From the IMG/VR virus record IMGVR_UViG_3300035698_025354: a DNA stretch of 44,343 nt; one strand, given 5' to 3'. Shown piece after piece: positions 1 through 8,396 of the stretch. The stretch's first letter is position 1, and each line of letters opens with the position of its first letter. The DNA is from a virus (lineage: Duplodnaviria > Heunggongvirae > Uroviricota > Caudoviricetes). Below the pieces are notes generated by a model that ran no database searches, was not told the DNA's origin, and was given only the letters and a program-made list of their open reading frames with translations. A program made the position numbers and the translations under genes.

Positions 1-39
1 AACCAGCGTTAACAACCAGCGTTAACAACCAGCGTTAAC
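1..39. repeat. 13-bp direct tandem repeat (AACCAGCGTTAAC x3), may continue beyond the window start
   Basis: Three perfect copies at 1-13, 14-26, 27-39, each containing the palindrome GTTAAC. Confidence 0.9.
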
Positions 40-310
40 AATCAGACTCAACCCAAGACTTGATCGAATCAAAGACCTCCATCTGAACAACGCTCAACGG
101 ATTAACAGGGAGCCAAACCCTACGGACCGTATAATCCTTGTACTGCTCACACCCCTCAACATAAGTATGAAGTGGGACCTCCTCAACACCGTCATTCCCT
201 ATCTTAGCGGCGACCTGTGCAAGATCTTGCGTCGTGAACAACGCAAGATCAGCCGTGTCGGGAGCATTCCCGTCATAGTCCGCATAAACAGCAAACACTT
301 CCTCACACAT
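35..310 (-). CDS. hypothetical protein (probable start MCEEVFAVY at 310)
   Basis: ORF 35..409; ATG at 310 preceded by AGGCGGGAA; protein-like acidic sequence; stop lies in the third 13-bp repeat. Confidence 0.6.
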   Translation of the reverse strand: MCEEVFAVYADYDGNAPDTADLALFTTQDLAQVAAKIGNDGVEEVPLHTYVEGCEQYKDYTVRRVWLPVNPLSVVQMEVFDSIKSWVESDC

Positions 311-479
311 TTCCCGCCTAGTTTTCCTCAACACGCACCCCCTGATTCCCCAGAACCCTATCAATGAAAGAAATCTGCAACTTAAGGATAAGCGAGATTG
401 CAAACACAACGAACACGAACTTCAACGCAAACAAAGTCATGAACCACTCCAAACCGGAGAACAAAAACCGGGGAACCTC

Positions 480-720
480 GCGATCCCCCCTCCCCCATTT
501 GTTGCAAACCAGGACCACACGTAAACGCAGAAAATCCCCCAGTGATCCCCCAGTAATCCCCCCAATAATCACTAAGCATTGGTATACGGAAGCCCATGGG
601 TCCCCTGGGGGGTATGGTCGGGGTGCTCCCTGGCACGTGAAATATCTTCCTCGTGCGTGCGATTCGGATATTTGATATCGCTGGGTTTTTGTGGGTGTTG
701 GGTCCCCTTTGGGTCCCATC
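480..720. other. GC-rich non-coding site at a strand-composition inversion (candidate origin or genome terminus/packaging site)
   Basis: + strand is A/C-rich left of about 600 and G/T-rich to the right; GGGTCCC at 598, 700 and 711; C/G runs. Confidence 0.45.
534..570. repeat. 11-12 bp imperfect tandem repeat (ATCCCCCAGTR) x3
   Basis: ATCCCCCAGTG / ATCCCCCAGTA / ATCCCCCCAATA / ATC at 534-570. Confidence 0.75.
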
Positions 721-772
721 GGGTTTTACCTAGTCTTGTTGGTTATTGTGTTCTAGGTGTGTTTTTGTCATG

Positions 773-1087
773 TTAGTCTTTTTCGTTTTTTAGCATTATT
801 ATGGTGTTTATTGTTTTTTGTATGCAGTTTGGGTCGCTGATGAGTGTGAATGTTTTGTATTGGGAGCTTGGTTTGTATCTTCCGAATAGTATTATTTCGT
901 CATTTGTTATCATTATCATTATTATTATGGATTTTAAGCAGTCATGACGTTGTGCTATTGATATTCCTGGTCCTGTGTATATTTTGTTGTTTTCGTCCAA
1001 GTATGATAGTTTTCTTTTGGTTTCGCAGATTAGGTTTGTGGTTTGTTCTATGGTTTTACATAGTGTTGTTGTTATGATGTCTTGCAT
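773..1087 (-). CDS. small paralogue, DxxDP family (probable start MQDIITT)
   Basis: C-terminal ISDPNCIQKTI; start lies 2 nt after the upstream stop. Confidence 0.75.
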   Translation of the reverse strand: MQDIITTTLCKTIEQTTNLICETKRKLSYLDENNKIYTGPGISIAQRHDCLKSIIIMIMITNDEIILFGRYKPSSQYKTFTLISDPNCIQKTINTIIMLKNEKD

Positions 1088-1089
1088 GT

Positions 1090-1452
1090 TTATGGCTTTG
1101 TGATTTTGTCTGAGAACCAACTGTGTGGGCTCTCAGACATTTGGTGTCTGTTTATGTATTCGATTAGGGTGGTGGTGTAGGTTAGTATGTCGTGTTTTAT
1201 GGAGTTGGTTATGTGGTTTAGGAATTGTGGGTCGTTTATGTCTATTTGTTTTTTGCTTATTCCGTTGTAGTTTATGTTGCCGTTGTTGTAGTTTATGCTG
1301 GCGATGTAGGTGACTTGGTTGTTTATGTGTAGAGTTATGCTCATTGAGAAGCATTCGTTGTTAGGGGTTGTGGTCTTTGCTTTTATTTTTGGGATACGTA
1401 GTATCGTGGTGTTGATTTTACCTATTAGCATTGGGGTTATGCTTATGCTCAT
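1090..1452 (-). CDS. small paralogue, DxxDP family
   Basis: IASINYNNGNINYNG...DINDPQFLNHI; ATGA overlap with upstream gene. Confidence 0.85.
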   Translation of the reverse strand: MSISITPMLIGKINTTILRIPKIKAKTTTPNNECFSMSITLHINNQVTYIASINYNNGNINYNGISKKQIDINDPQFLNHITNSIKHDILTYTTTLIEYINRHQMSESPHSWFSDKITKP

Positions 1453-1766
1453 GGTTCTAGGTTCTTTATTGTGTTTTGTATGAAGCTATTTATGTTGATG
1501 GTGTTCATGTCGTTTTTTATGGTTTGTTCCCATTTTTCTCCTGCTAGGTTTGTTGTTGGTTTGGTTCTTTGTGTTAGTGTTAGGTTGTTTTGTTCAATTT
1601 TGATTATGGCGATTGCTAGGGACCATGGTGAATTGTGTTTTGTATGTATTGATAGGTATTGGTCGGGTCCCGTTCCTGATAATCCCATGTATTGCACTTT
1701 GTGTTTTGTGAGTTTTTTTGTTAGGTTGTTTTTAATTGTGAGTAGTATTGCTTTTGTGAACTTCAT
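1449..1766 (-). CDS. small hypothetical protein, probable diverged DxxDP family member
   Basis: Same size and architecture; DMNTININSFI; abuts neighbours. Confidence 0.75.
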   Translation of the reverse strand: MKFTKAILLTIKNNLTKKLTKHKVQYMGLSGTGPDQYLSIHTKHNSPWSLAIAIIKIEQNNLTLTQRTKPTTNLAGEKWEQTIKNDMNTININSFIQNTIKNLEP

Positions 1767-2072
1767 TTAGAATCCTCTTTTTAGTCGTAGGACTATTTCA
1801 CTTATGAAGTTGTGGATGTTTTCGTGGCCTATGTCGCATGTGTAGTTTCTTGGCCATTTTTTCCATGGCTCCAGTAATCCGTAGGTTTGTAGGGTTAGGA
1901 GGTTGTTTTTTAGTGTTATTTTGCCTTTTCGTGGTTTGTGGTTGGTGGTTATTATGAGAGAGATGTATTCTTCGCATTCGTGTATGAATATTCCATCGTT
2001 GAGGTTGTCGGTGTTGGCGTCGTATTCTTGTATTATTTTGTCTGTTATAATTTCTAGCATTTTATTGTTCAT
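1767..2072 (-). CDS. small paralogue, DxxDP family (diverged)
   Basis: N-terminal LEIITDKII helix; CDIGHENIHNFI. Confidence 0.8.
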   Translation of the reverse strand: MNNKMLEIITDKIIQEYDANTDNLNDGIFIHECEEYISLIITTNHKPRKGKITLKNNLLTLQTYGLLEPWKKWPRNYTCDIGHENIHNFISEIVLRLKRGF

Positions 2073-2394
2073 TTTTTAGTATTTCTGTGATGGAATCTTT
2101 GATATTTTGTATGCTGTTTGGTTGTGATATTCTGTGTTTGGCGATGGGTACTTCTGGTATGTATTCGTAGTATAAGTATGTTATAATGTCGTGCTGGTGT
2201 TCATCATAGCGTGTCAGTATCATATAATCCCCTACTGGTGGGAGTTCTTTGCCAGATGGGCTTGTTAGGGTTTTGTGTTTTATTTCAATACGTATTTGCC
2301 ATTCGAATTTGTTTATTTTGGTTGTTGAGTGTTTGTGGCCAATTTTGGTGATGTGTTTTGATAATTCTGATGTGATGATGCCTAGTATGTTCAT
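2062..2394 (-). CDS. small paralogue, DxxDP family
   Basis: RISQPNSIQNI; overlapping start/stop. Confidence 0.8.
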   Translation of the reverse strand: MNILGIITSELSKHITKIGHKHSTTKINKFEWQIRIEIKHKTLTSPSGKELPPVGDYMILTRYDEHQHDIITYLYYEYIPEVPIAKHRISQPNSIQNIKDSITEILKNEQ

Positions 2395-2735
2395 TTTATT
2401 TTCTTGTGGTCTGTGAAGTGTTGTATATATGCGTCGAATATATTGTAATGTTCTTTTATGTCTTTTATAATTTCCTGTTTTATGTGGTTTATGAATTGTG
2501 GGTCGTTTATGTTTGTGTATGTCATTGCGGTGTTGCGTATTCCATCATATCTGATGTTTCCGTCGTCGTAATAGATATTGGCGATGTGTAGTGATGATAT
2601 TTTTGAGCTTAGGTCTAATGTAACATTTATTTGACTATGTGAGTCTTCATGGTATTTTGTTGTCGTTACCTTTGGGATATGTTCTATTCCTTTTCTAATA
2701 CTATGTATTACAGCGGCGTGTATAATCTTCACCAT
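2391..2735 (-). CDS. small paralogue, DxxDP family
   Basis: IANIYYDDGNIRYDG...NINDPQFINHI; close to 1090..1452. Confidence 0.85.
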   Translation of the reverse strand: MVKIIHAAVIHSIRKGIEHIPKVTTTKYHEDSHSQINVTLDLSSKISSLHIANIYYDDGNIRYDGIRNTAMTYTNINDPQFINHIKQEIIKDIKEHYNIFDAYIQHFTDHKKIK

Positions 2736-2749
2736 GTTTATGACCTGTA

Positions 2750-3166
2750 CTAATTACCAGATGTGAATTTTACCTTTGGGATGTTCTTCTTTTTATTACA
2801 GTGATCGCGATGTATCGCAGTTATTGCACTATTAATATAACTTAAGTATTGTTTTGTAAGGAGTGGGCTATTAATATTGAAGTTAACTTGTGTTTTTATA
2901 TTATATTTTAATAATCTTGAGGATGTTCGTTCAAGTCCTTTAGCCATCATGAGATCTATGTATAAAGTTTCATTATTCTCAATACTAATCACAAAAATAT
3001 AGCAATTGGTGAATTTTTTCACATCTATGAAGTTTATGCGGTATGCTGTGTTTTCTTGGTCAAATGGCTCGATTGTTATGGTTTGATATTCTTCCTCATA
3101 TTCGCATGAGTATTCTTTTTTGATTTTATCTGCGATTACTTTTAGTATAATCTCGGTTATTTTCAT
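2750..3166 (-). CDS. small paralogue, DxxDP family (probable start MKITEII)
   Basis: EIILKVIADKIKKEY resembles 1767..2072; FNINSPLL. Confidence 0.75.
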   Translation of the reverse strand: MKITEIILKVIADKIKKEYSCEYEEEYQTITIEPFDQENTAYRINFIDVKKFTNCYIFVISIENNETLYIDLMMAKGLERTSSRLLKYNIKTQVNFNINSPLLTKQYLSYINSAITAIHRDHCNKKKNIPKVKFTSGN

Positions 3167-3167
3167 T

Positions 3168-3473
3168 TTATAATGTTCGTTTTGGTAGTGATTTGTATGT
3201 GTGTACGTCCCTGCCAACCGCATTTATTATGTGTTTTAAAAGTGCTGGGTTGTTAATATCCATGGACACTATATAGTCTCCGTGGTATATGATATACCCA
3301 TCTTCGTAGAAGATGTGTGATATTGTAACGTGCGATATAATAAACCTACATTTAGTTAATATTACGTATATGTAGAATTCGTGTGTGTTATCATTTGTTA
3401 CGTCTATGATTAGTTCTGGTATTTGTTCTAGTTGGTTTTTTATTTCTGTTACTAATAGTGAGTATATGTTCAT
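3168..3473 (-). CDS. small paralogue, DxxDP family (probable start MNIYS)
   Basis: ISHIFYEDGYIIYHG...DINNPALLKHI. Confidence 0.8.
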   Translation of the reverse strand: MNIYSLLVTEIKNQLEQIPELIIDVTNDNTHEFYIYVILTKCRFIISHVTISHIFYEDGYIIYHGDYIVSMDINNPALLKHIINAVGRDVHTYKSLPKRTL

Positions 3474-3484
3474 GGTTGATGCAT

Positions 3485-3844
3485 TCAACTGATCGAATGC
3501 AAAAAATTCAAATAGTTTGTTGCTTTTGGCCATTTTCTTTTGGCCCATTTTATTGACGCGTCCATGGTTTTTTCTTTTTGGCTGTTTATCTCATCTATTA
3601 TTGCAGTGATGCAATTTGGGTCACTGAAGCTTTTGGTGATTTCTTTGTTTCCTCCTTGGTAGATTATCTCCCCATCCAGGCTGATTATTTTTCCGATGTG
3701 TTTAAATGTGTCACCGTCGCCGTCGTCGTTGCGTGGTACTTTAATATGTATGTTAATTATGTTTGAGTATATTGTTGCGGATATGCTTGGTGTTTTGTTG
3801 AGTCTTGTTAGTGCTTCGGTCATTATTAATTTTGATATATTCAT
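3485..3844 (-). CDS. small paralogue, DxxDP family
   Basis: HIGKIISLDGEIIY...SFSDPNCITAI. Confidence 0.85.
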   Translation of the reverse strand: MNISKLIMTEALTRLNKTPSISATIYSNIINIHIKVPRNDDGDGDTFKHIGKIISLDGEIIYQGGNKEITKSFSDPNCITAIIDEINSQKEKTMDASIKWAKRKWPKATNYLNFLHSIS

Positions 3845-3854
3845 AAGTTATTAC

Positions 3855-4181
3855 CTATCTGTTTTGCTTTTGTATGCTACCTATTATTTTGTCAATTAAC
3901 TCTGGGTCGTTTATATTAATGACTCTTTGTAGTGGCTGGTTGTTTTTGATTGGTTCAGGAATGTAATGTATGATTTGTTCATCGTTATAGATTATTTTTC
4001 CGAGGTATCCATGGCGTGGGATTAATTCTTTTATGATTGCGTATGTGTAGATTACTTCATTTCCCGACAAAATGGGGGAGGACGGAACAACCGGGTTATA
4101 AACCTCCATTACTGCGTCTATGTCTGGTAGTTGGTTGAGTTTGTTTAGGATTTCTTTCATCAATATTTGTATTGTATTCAT
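3855..4181 (-). CDS. small paralogue, DxxDP family
   Basis: YLGKIIYNDEQII...NINDPELIDKI. Confidence 0.85.
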   Translation of the reverse strand: MNTIQILMKEILNKLNQLPDIDAVMEVYNPVVPSSPILSGNEVIYTYAIIKELIPRHGYLGKIIYNDEQIIHYIPEPIKNNQPLQRVININDPELIDKIIGSIQKQNR

Positions 4182-4191
4182 GTTGGTGTTA

Positions 4192-4473
4192 TTACCTGAC
4201 GTGCTTTTTGTAATCTTCTACTTCTTTTTTAAAGTATACTATTATTTTGTTTAGGAATTGTGGGTCGTTGAGGCTTGTTATGTGTTCTCCTGAGTAGGCG
4301 AATTTCATGAATAAGAATACATCCGTGTTTATGGTTTTTATTTTTCCGATGTATCCTTCGTTTGGTTCGCAATATATGAATAGGGTTATGGTGTTATCAT
4401 CATCGCATGTTGGTATCACACCTTTTATTTGTCTTATGTGATTTGTGATTATGTTTATGATTGGGGAGTTTAT
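4192..4473 (-). CDS. small paralogue, DxxDP family; probable ATA start
   Basis: YIGKI...SLNDPQFLNKI; frame open upstream of the GTG at 4419 to an ATA at 4473 with AAGGA 8 nt upstream, restoring the N-terminal helix. Confidence 0.7.
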   Translation of the reverse strand: MNSPIINIITNHIRQIKGVIPTCDDDNTITLFIYCEPNEGYIGKIKTINTDVFLFMKFAYSGEHITSLNDPQFLNKIIVYFKKEVEDYKKHVR

Positions 4474-4546
4474 GTTGTTAATCCTTGGTTTGGGTCGGAT
4501 AGTTTATATCCAGTTGCGTGATATTTTAAAAAATTTAAGGTCTTAG

Positions 4547-4885
4547 TTATATGTCGTGGTGATTATTAAGTATATTAACCATGTTGTGTAATATTTCATA
4601 TGTGAACATATCGGTTGAATTTTCTTCGGTGGGTTGTATGTTACTTATGTGATCTATGAATGCGTAATATTCTTTGTGGTCTGATAATCTGAATGATAGA
4701 TCATGTATTGTTAGTTTGTCTCCGTTTATGATTATTTGTGTTATTGGGATTACTTTTGATTTTTTGTTTTGATAGTTTTTGTCATATAGGAATGATGCGT
4801 TTTTATTTGTTTCAAGTTGTATGATATCAAATTGAGGGAAGTTTTCCTTTATAATCATTTCTAGGATTTGAATAAGATTCTCCAA
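4547..4885 (-). CDS. small hypothetical protein, possible diverged family member
   Basis: 112 aa, LIQILEMIIKE helix then beta-rich; motif weak. Confidence 0.7.
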   Translation of the reverse strand: MENLIQILEMIIKENFPQFDIIQLETNKNASFLYDKNYQNKKSKVIPITQIIINGDKLTIHDLSFRLSDHKEYYAFIDHISNIQPTEENSTDMFTYEILHNMVNILNNHHDI

Positions 4886-5292
4886 TTATCAGAATTATCA
4901 TTTGTTGAGGTTGTTATGTCCTGGCTTGTCATTCTTTTACATCTACCAGATAATTGTATGAATTTTGAATAATGATTATTCGAATGATTGTCATCAAGTG
5001 TTTTCCAATATTCTATATTGTAGTATTGTTTTTTGATTTGTTTTTTAAATTTTTTGAGGTCTTCCTGGTCATTTATGTCGTATCTGTGTTTGAATCGTCC
5101 GATGATTATGGTGTTTCCGGATAGTGCGACTATCGCTATTCTGACGTGTTTACCTGCGAGTGCATTTGGTCTTATTATTTCCCATATACTTACAATGTCT
5201 GTTGTTTTTTTGTCTGATACTTCATTTAGTTGTATTGTTATGCTGTTTTGTAAATCGTATAATATTGCTTCGATTAGTTGGGGCATTGTCAA
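4861..5292 (-). CDS. small paralogue, DxxDP family
   Basis: IIIGRFKHRYDINDQEDLKKF. Confidence 0.8.
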   Translation of the reverse strand: MTMPQLIEAILYDLQNSITIQLNEVSDKKTTDIVSIWEIIRPNALAGKHVRIAIVALSGNTIIIGRFKHRYDINDQEDLKKFKKQIKKQYYNIEYWKTLDDNHSNNHYSKFIQLSGRCKRMTSQDITTSTNDNSDNWRILFKS

Positions 5293-5622
5293 TTTTGATT
5301 ACCTTCATTATTTTTATGTGTAGTCCTAGTATATCTTCGATCATTTTTTGGTTTCGTGTTGATTTGTTATGTCGTATGTTTTTTTGTATTGAACATACCG
5401 TAGTGTGGCAGTTCTTTCTTTAAATATAATGTTGCCAATGCTTATTGCTCCACTTCGAGAAATTACGTCACCGGAGATATCTTCATTTGAGGTGTTTCGT
5501 ATGTGGTAGATTGATACAGAAATTGATCTGTGTGGGTGGTAATCTCTCCAATACGATAGCATTATTTTATTATTGCTTTGTTTTTGGATTTGGTGATTTA
5601 TGGCTTCAATTATTATTTGCAC
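5222..5622 (-). pseudogene. DxxDP family paralogue, frameshifted at a 6-nt homopolymer (5344-5349)
   Basis: ORF 5341..5622 stops at YDITNQHETKK; adding one A gives ...KKMIEDILGL..., restoring the C-terminal helix, with the stop at 5222. Confidence 0.55.
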
Positions 5623-5971
5623 TTTTTTTCTTGCCTTTCTTCTTCTTATGACTTTTGGGTTTTGTTTCTTCTTCTATGTCTTCTTTGGTATCTTCGTTGT
5701 CAAGAAAGCCATATTTTTGTAATACTTCACGCGACGGAATATGATCGTTTACTACAAATGAGTCTCCCGCAGTGATTATTTGTTCACTACAAGGGACATC
5801 ACTTGCTTTCTCATCAGCAATTTCACGATCATAAATAAGTTGCGATAAATTCTGAATAGAATTTAAATGATCGAGAGCAGCTTCTGTAAAACAATATGAT
5901 AAGATCATGCTAATAATGATTAATAATATGATAATGATCGTCATGATTTCTAACAATGTAATTTCTGGCAT
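5606..5971 (-). CDS. hypothetical membrane protein
   Basis: N-terminal hydrophobic helix, acidic middle, Lys-rich tail. Confidence 0.8.
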   Translation of the reverse strand: MPEITLLEIMTIIIILLIIISMILSYCFTEAALDHLNSIQNLSQLIYDREIADEKASDVPCSEQIITAGDSFVVNDHIPSREVLQKYGFLDNEDTKEDIEEETKPKSHKKKKGKKKSANNN

Positions 5972-6070
5972 TAATTTTCCATTTTTAAAAGATGCATATT
6001 TGTTATTTTTCTTATGAGTGTTTCAAAATACTGTAAGTTGTTAAATCATGTGATCTAATATTAAAAATGA

Positions 6071-6436
6071 TTAAATTATATTATTATCAGCAATTTTTTC
6101 CGAACTATTGGTTAAATATCCAAGATCATTTAAGCGATCTACAATCTTATTTGCAAATTCACGTATACTTTCTGAATTTAAGTCACAATTTATCATATAT
6201 TCATCGCCATCCCATGTAAATAATTCCGAATACATCAACGTGCTTGGCAATGTGTCGTGGACTTTGACAAATCCGCAAAAATCTGTTGAGCTTGGTCCAA
6301 CTTCCATATCGCTAAGATTACACCTAGTGTCTTTAACAAAAACACCACTAAAATTGAAGCGTATTTGTAATTGATCATTGGTTTTTTCTGTGATAATTGT
6401 GCTTATTATGCCCATCACACCTTCAATTATTGTCAT
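6071..6436 (-). CDS. small paralogue, DxxDP family (probable start MTIIEG)
   Basis: CDLNSESIREFANKI. Confidence 0.75.
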   Translation of the reverse strand: MTIIEGVMGIISTIITEKTNDQLQIRFNFSGVFVKDTRCNLSDMEVGPSSTDFCGFVKVHDTLPSTLMYSELFTWDGDEYMINCDLNSESIREFANKIVDRLNDLGYLTNSSEKIADNNII

Positions 6437-6770
6437 CGAATACTTTCTTTGCATATTTAATTATTGTGTTAATACTTTGTGGATCTGATATGTCCACAAA
6501 TATTTTACTGTGTGTCACTGACAAAAGAATGTTACCAAAGAATCCAATTCCCGCGATACAACTAAATTCATTGTCTCTATTATAAATTTTGACATGTTTA
6601 CATGGGTTATGTGCATAGCGTCCTGTTTGTCCACCGCTTATCTGATCATTATATGTTATATAAATAAAGTATCGTGCATAGCATTCTACATGGTATTCTG
6701 GTGATAAAAGTTTTCTTATACCACTAGCGATTATTTTGGTAGATTCTAGTGTGGGATCATATATTGACAT
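6423..6770 (-). CDS. small paralogue, DxxDP family
   Basis: VDISDPQSINTII. Confidence 0.85.
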   Translation of the reverse strand: MSIYDPTLESTKIIASGIRKLLSPEYHVECYARYFIYITYNDQISGGQTGRYAHNPCKHVKIYNRDNEFSCIAGIGFFGNILLSVTHSKIFVDISDPQSINTIIKYAKKVFDDNN

Positions 6771-7089
6771 TATTTTTTAAAAATTCTTTTATGCTAATTA
6801 AGAAATTTGGATCATTGATATCAAATTCTCCGGTTTGTGTTTGCATTGAATCGATATGTTGCAGGGTCAACCATGGGTCATTTTTATTTTGACATATGTT
6901 TATGACAATTCTTATGTTTAAGTATTGGTGTCGAAACACTGTAGTAGTGTCTGATATTTGGTATTCTCCGAAATCCCCAAAGTCATTGGCTAATGTGTTG
7001 CTTATGTGGGTGATCAACACGTTCAGGATTCCATCCAAAGTCACAAGATCTTGATTAAAGTTAATTCTCATGCTTTTTGGCATCTTCAT
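6757..7089 (-). CDS. small paralogue, DxxDP family
   Basis: FDINDPNFLISIKEF. Confidence 0.85.
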   Translation of the reverse strand: MKMPKSMRINFNQDLVTLDGILNVLITHISNTLANDFGDFGEYQISDTTTVFRHQYLNIRIVINICQNKNDPWLTLQHIDSMQTQTGEFDINDPNFLISIKEFLKNNVNI

Positions 7090-7448
7090 TGGTTAGTGTG
7101 TTGCTTATATGGGTGATCAACACGCTCATGGCTCCACCACGGAATCTTAGTAACAAGCGACTTTAATCGTGCTTGTTGTTCGCACTCTTTGATCTTTTTT
7201 AAAAGATTTTGTATTGTTTCAGGTGTATGATATGAGTATTCTTTTCTAATTGATAAGTTAAGATTTTGAATCAAGACACAATCAGTGAAAATATATATCA
7301 TGTAATCCAAATTAGAATTATTGGGTTCACCAATATTTAAGACTATGTAATCCACGAATTCATGTTTTGTTATACGACATGAAATTTCTTCAATATTGCA
7401 AATAAATTCAGCTACTGATAGTTGCAATTTAGTGTAACTATTTTTCAT
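7086..7448 (-). CDS. small paralogue, DxxDP family (diverged)
   Basis: YSYHTPETIQNL; ATGA overlaps. Confidence 0.75.
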   Translation of the reverse strand: MKNSYTKLQLSVAEFICNIEEISCRITKHEFVDYIVLNIGEPNNSNLDYMIYIFTDCVLIQNLNLSIRKEYSYHTPETIQNLLKKIKECEQQARLKSLVTKIPWWSHERVDHPYKQHTNQ

Positions 7449-7714
7449 ATTATCTTATTTTCTGCGAAATAATCATAATCGTCTGGCCTATATTTTAACA
7501 TTCCCTGGTATTTATCGAACCAGAAATTAGCTCTGTCTTGCTGCGATAAGTATAAGATGTTGTTTTGTTTATCGTTTATTGAAGATAGTCGAATGAATGC
7601 TGCCAGATATCCGATGAAGGCACCATTTAGCAGTATTATAATCGCGGATATATTGAAAACTTCGTGTTTAATATAAAGCATTGTTATTTTTACAAAAATG
7701 TCGATTGGGTCCAT
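7445..7714 (-). CDS. hypothetical membrane protein
   Basis: Hydrophobic segment ISAIIILLNGAFIGYLAAFI; AGGGA RBS. Confidence 0.75.
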   Translation of the reverse strand: MDPIDIFVKITMLYIKHEVFNISAIIILLNGAFIGYLAAFIRLSSINDKQNNILYLSQQDRANFWFDKYQGMLKYRPDDYDYFAENKII

Positions 7715-7728
7715 TATGGTTCCCTTTT

Positions 7729-8004
7729 TTAGATTTTTGTTGCAATAATCATATCATTGATTAAATTTTTTAAATCATGTTCTATATTCATATCATAAGT
7801 TTTCAATACATTCCTGAATGGGTATTCTGTATAATCTTCGTATACTAATATCATGTTATTTATGATTTCACAAAACATTATTGGTATGTACACTATTTCG
7901 ATAAATACACATACCAGGAACTCACTTTCTTTTAGTTCTAGTGTATTACTAGATCCGCGTCTTATATATATGTTTTTGGGTAGTGATTCTTGTATTGCTT
8001 GCAA
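7729..8004 (-). CDS. small paralogue, DxxDP family; possibly frameshifted from an ATG at 8041
   Basis: QAIQESLPK resembles RAIESHLPK of its neighbour; YDMNIEHDLKNL. Confidence 0.7.
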   Translation of the reverse strand: MQAIQESLPKNIYIRRGSSNTLELKESEFLVCVFIEIVYIPIMFCEIINNMILVYEDYTEYPFRNVLKTYDMNIEHDLKNLINDMIIATKI

Positions 8005-8037
8005 ATATTTGTGGTGATTTTTTGTTGATGTTCGCCG

Positions 8038-8394
8038 TCATTGTAATTTGTTTAATTTAAGATGCTCTTTTGCGACGATCACTGCCATTTTCTTTATTTT
8101 TTCGACCATTTTTAATAATTGGTCTTGATTGTTTAGGTCATACTTTTCTACGATTTTTATGCCAAGTTTTGCTGCTATGTTCATTCTGGTCAGTAGATTA
8201 TAATGAATTACACATATGTTATCTTTACAGCTAGAAAACGCAAATTGTGTTGATTTTCCAAACACAATTACGGTATATGTTATATTTTTAGTGTTTCGAC
8301 TTATACCGCATTTAACATATTTTGGAAGATGGCTTTCTATGGCTCTTTGGATAAGGTTTTTTTGTGGCGGTGTACGAATAATATTTGAACTCAT
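8038..8394 (-). CDS. small paralogue, DxxDP family
   Basis: YDLNNQDQLLKM. Confidence 0.8.
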   Translation of the reverse strand: MSSNIIRTPPQKNLIQRAIESHLPKYVKCGISRNTKNITYTVIVFGKSTQFAFSSCKDNICVIHYNLLTRMNIAAKLGIKIVEKYDLNNQDQLLKMVEKIKKMAVIVAKEHLKLNKLQ

Positions 8395-8396
8395 TG

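Noticed and set aside
1-39. CRISPR array
   Set aside because: 13-bp units are contiguous with no spacers, and there are no cas genes
167-776. Overlapping ORFs across the GC-rich switch (167..367, 318..719, 364..675, 382..636, 579..776)
   Set aside because: Mutually overlapping, low-complexity products explained by base skew; no motifs
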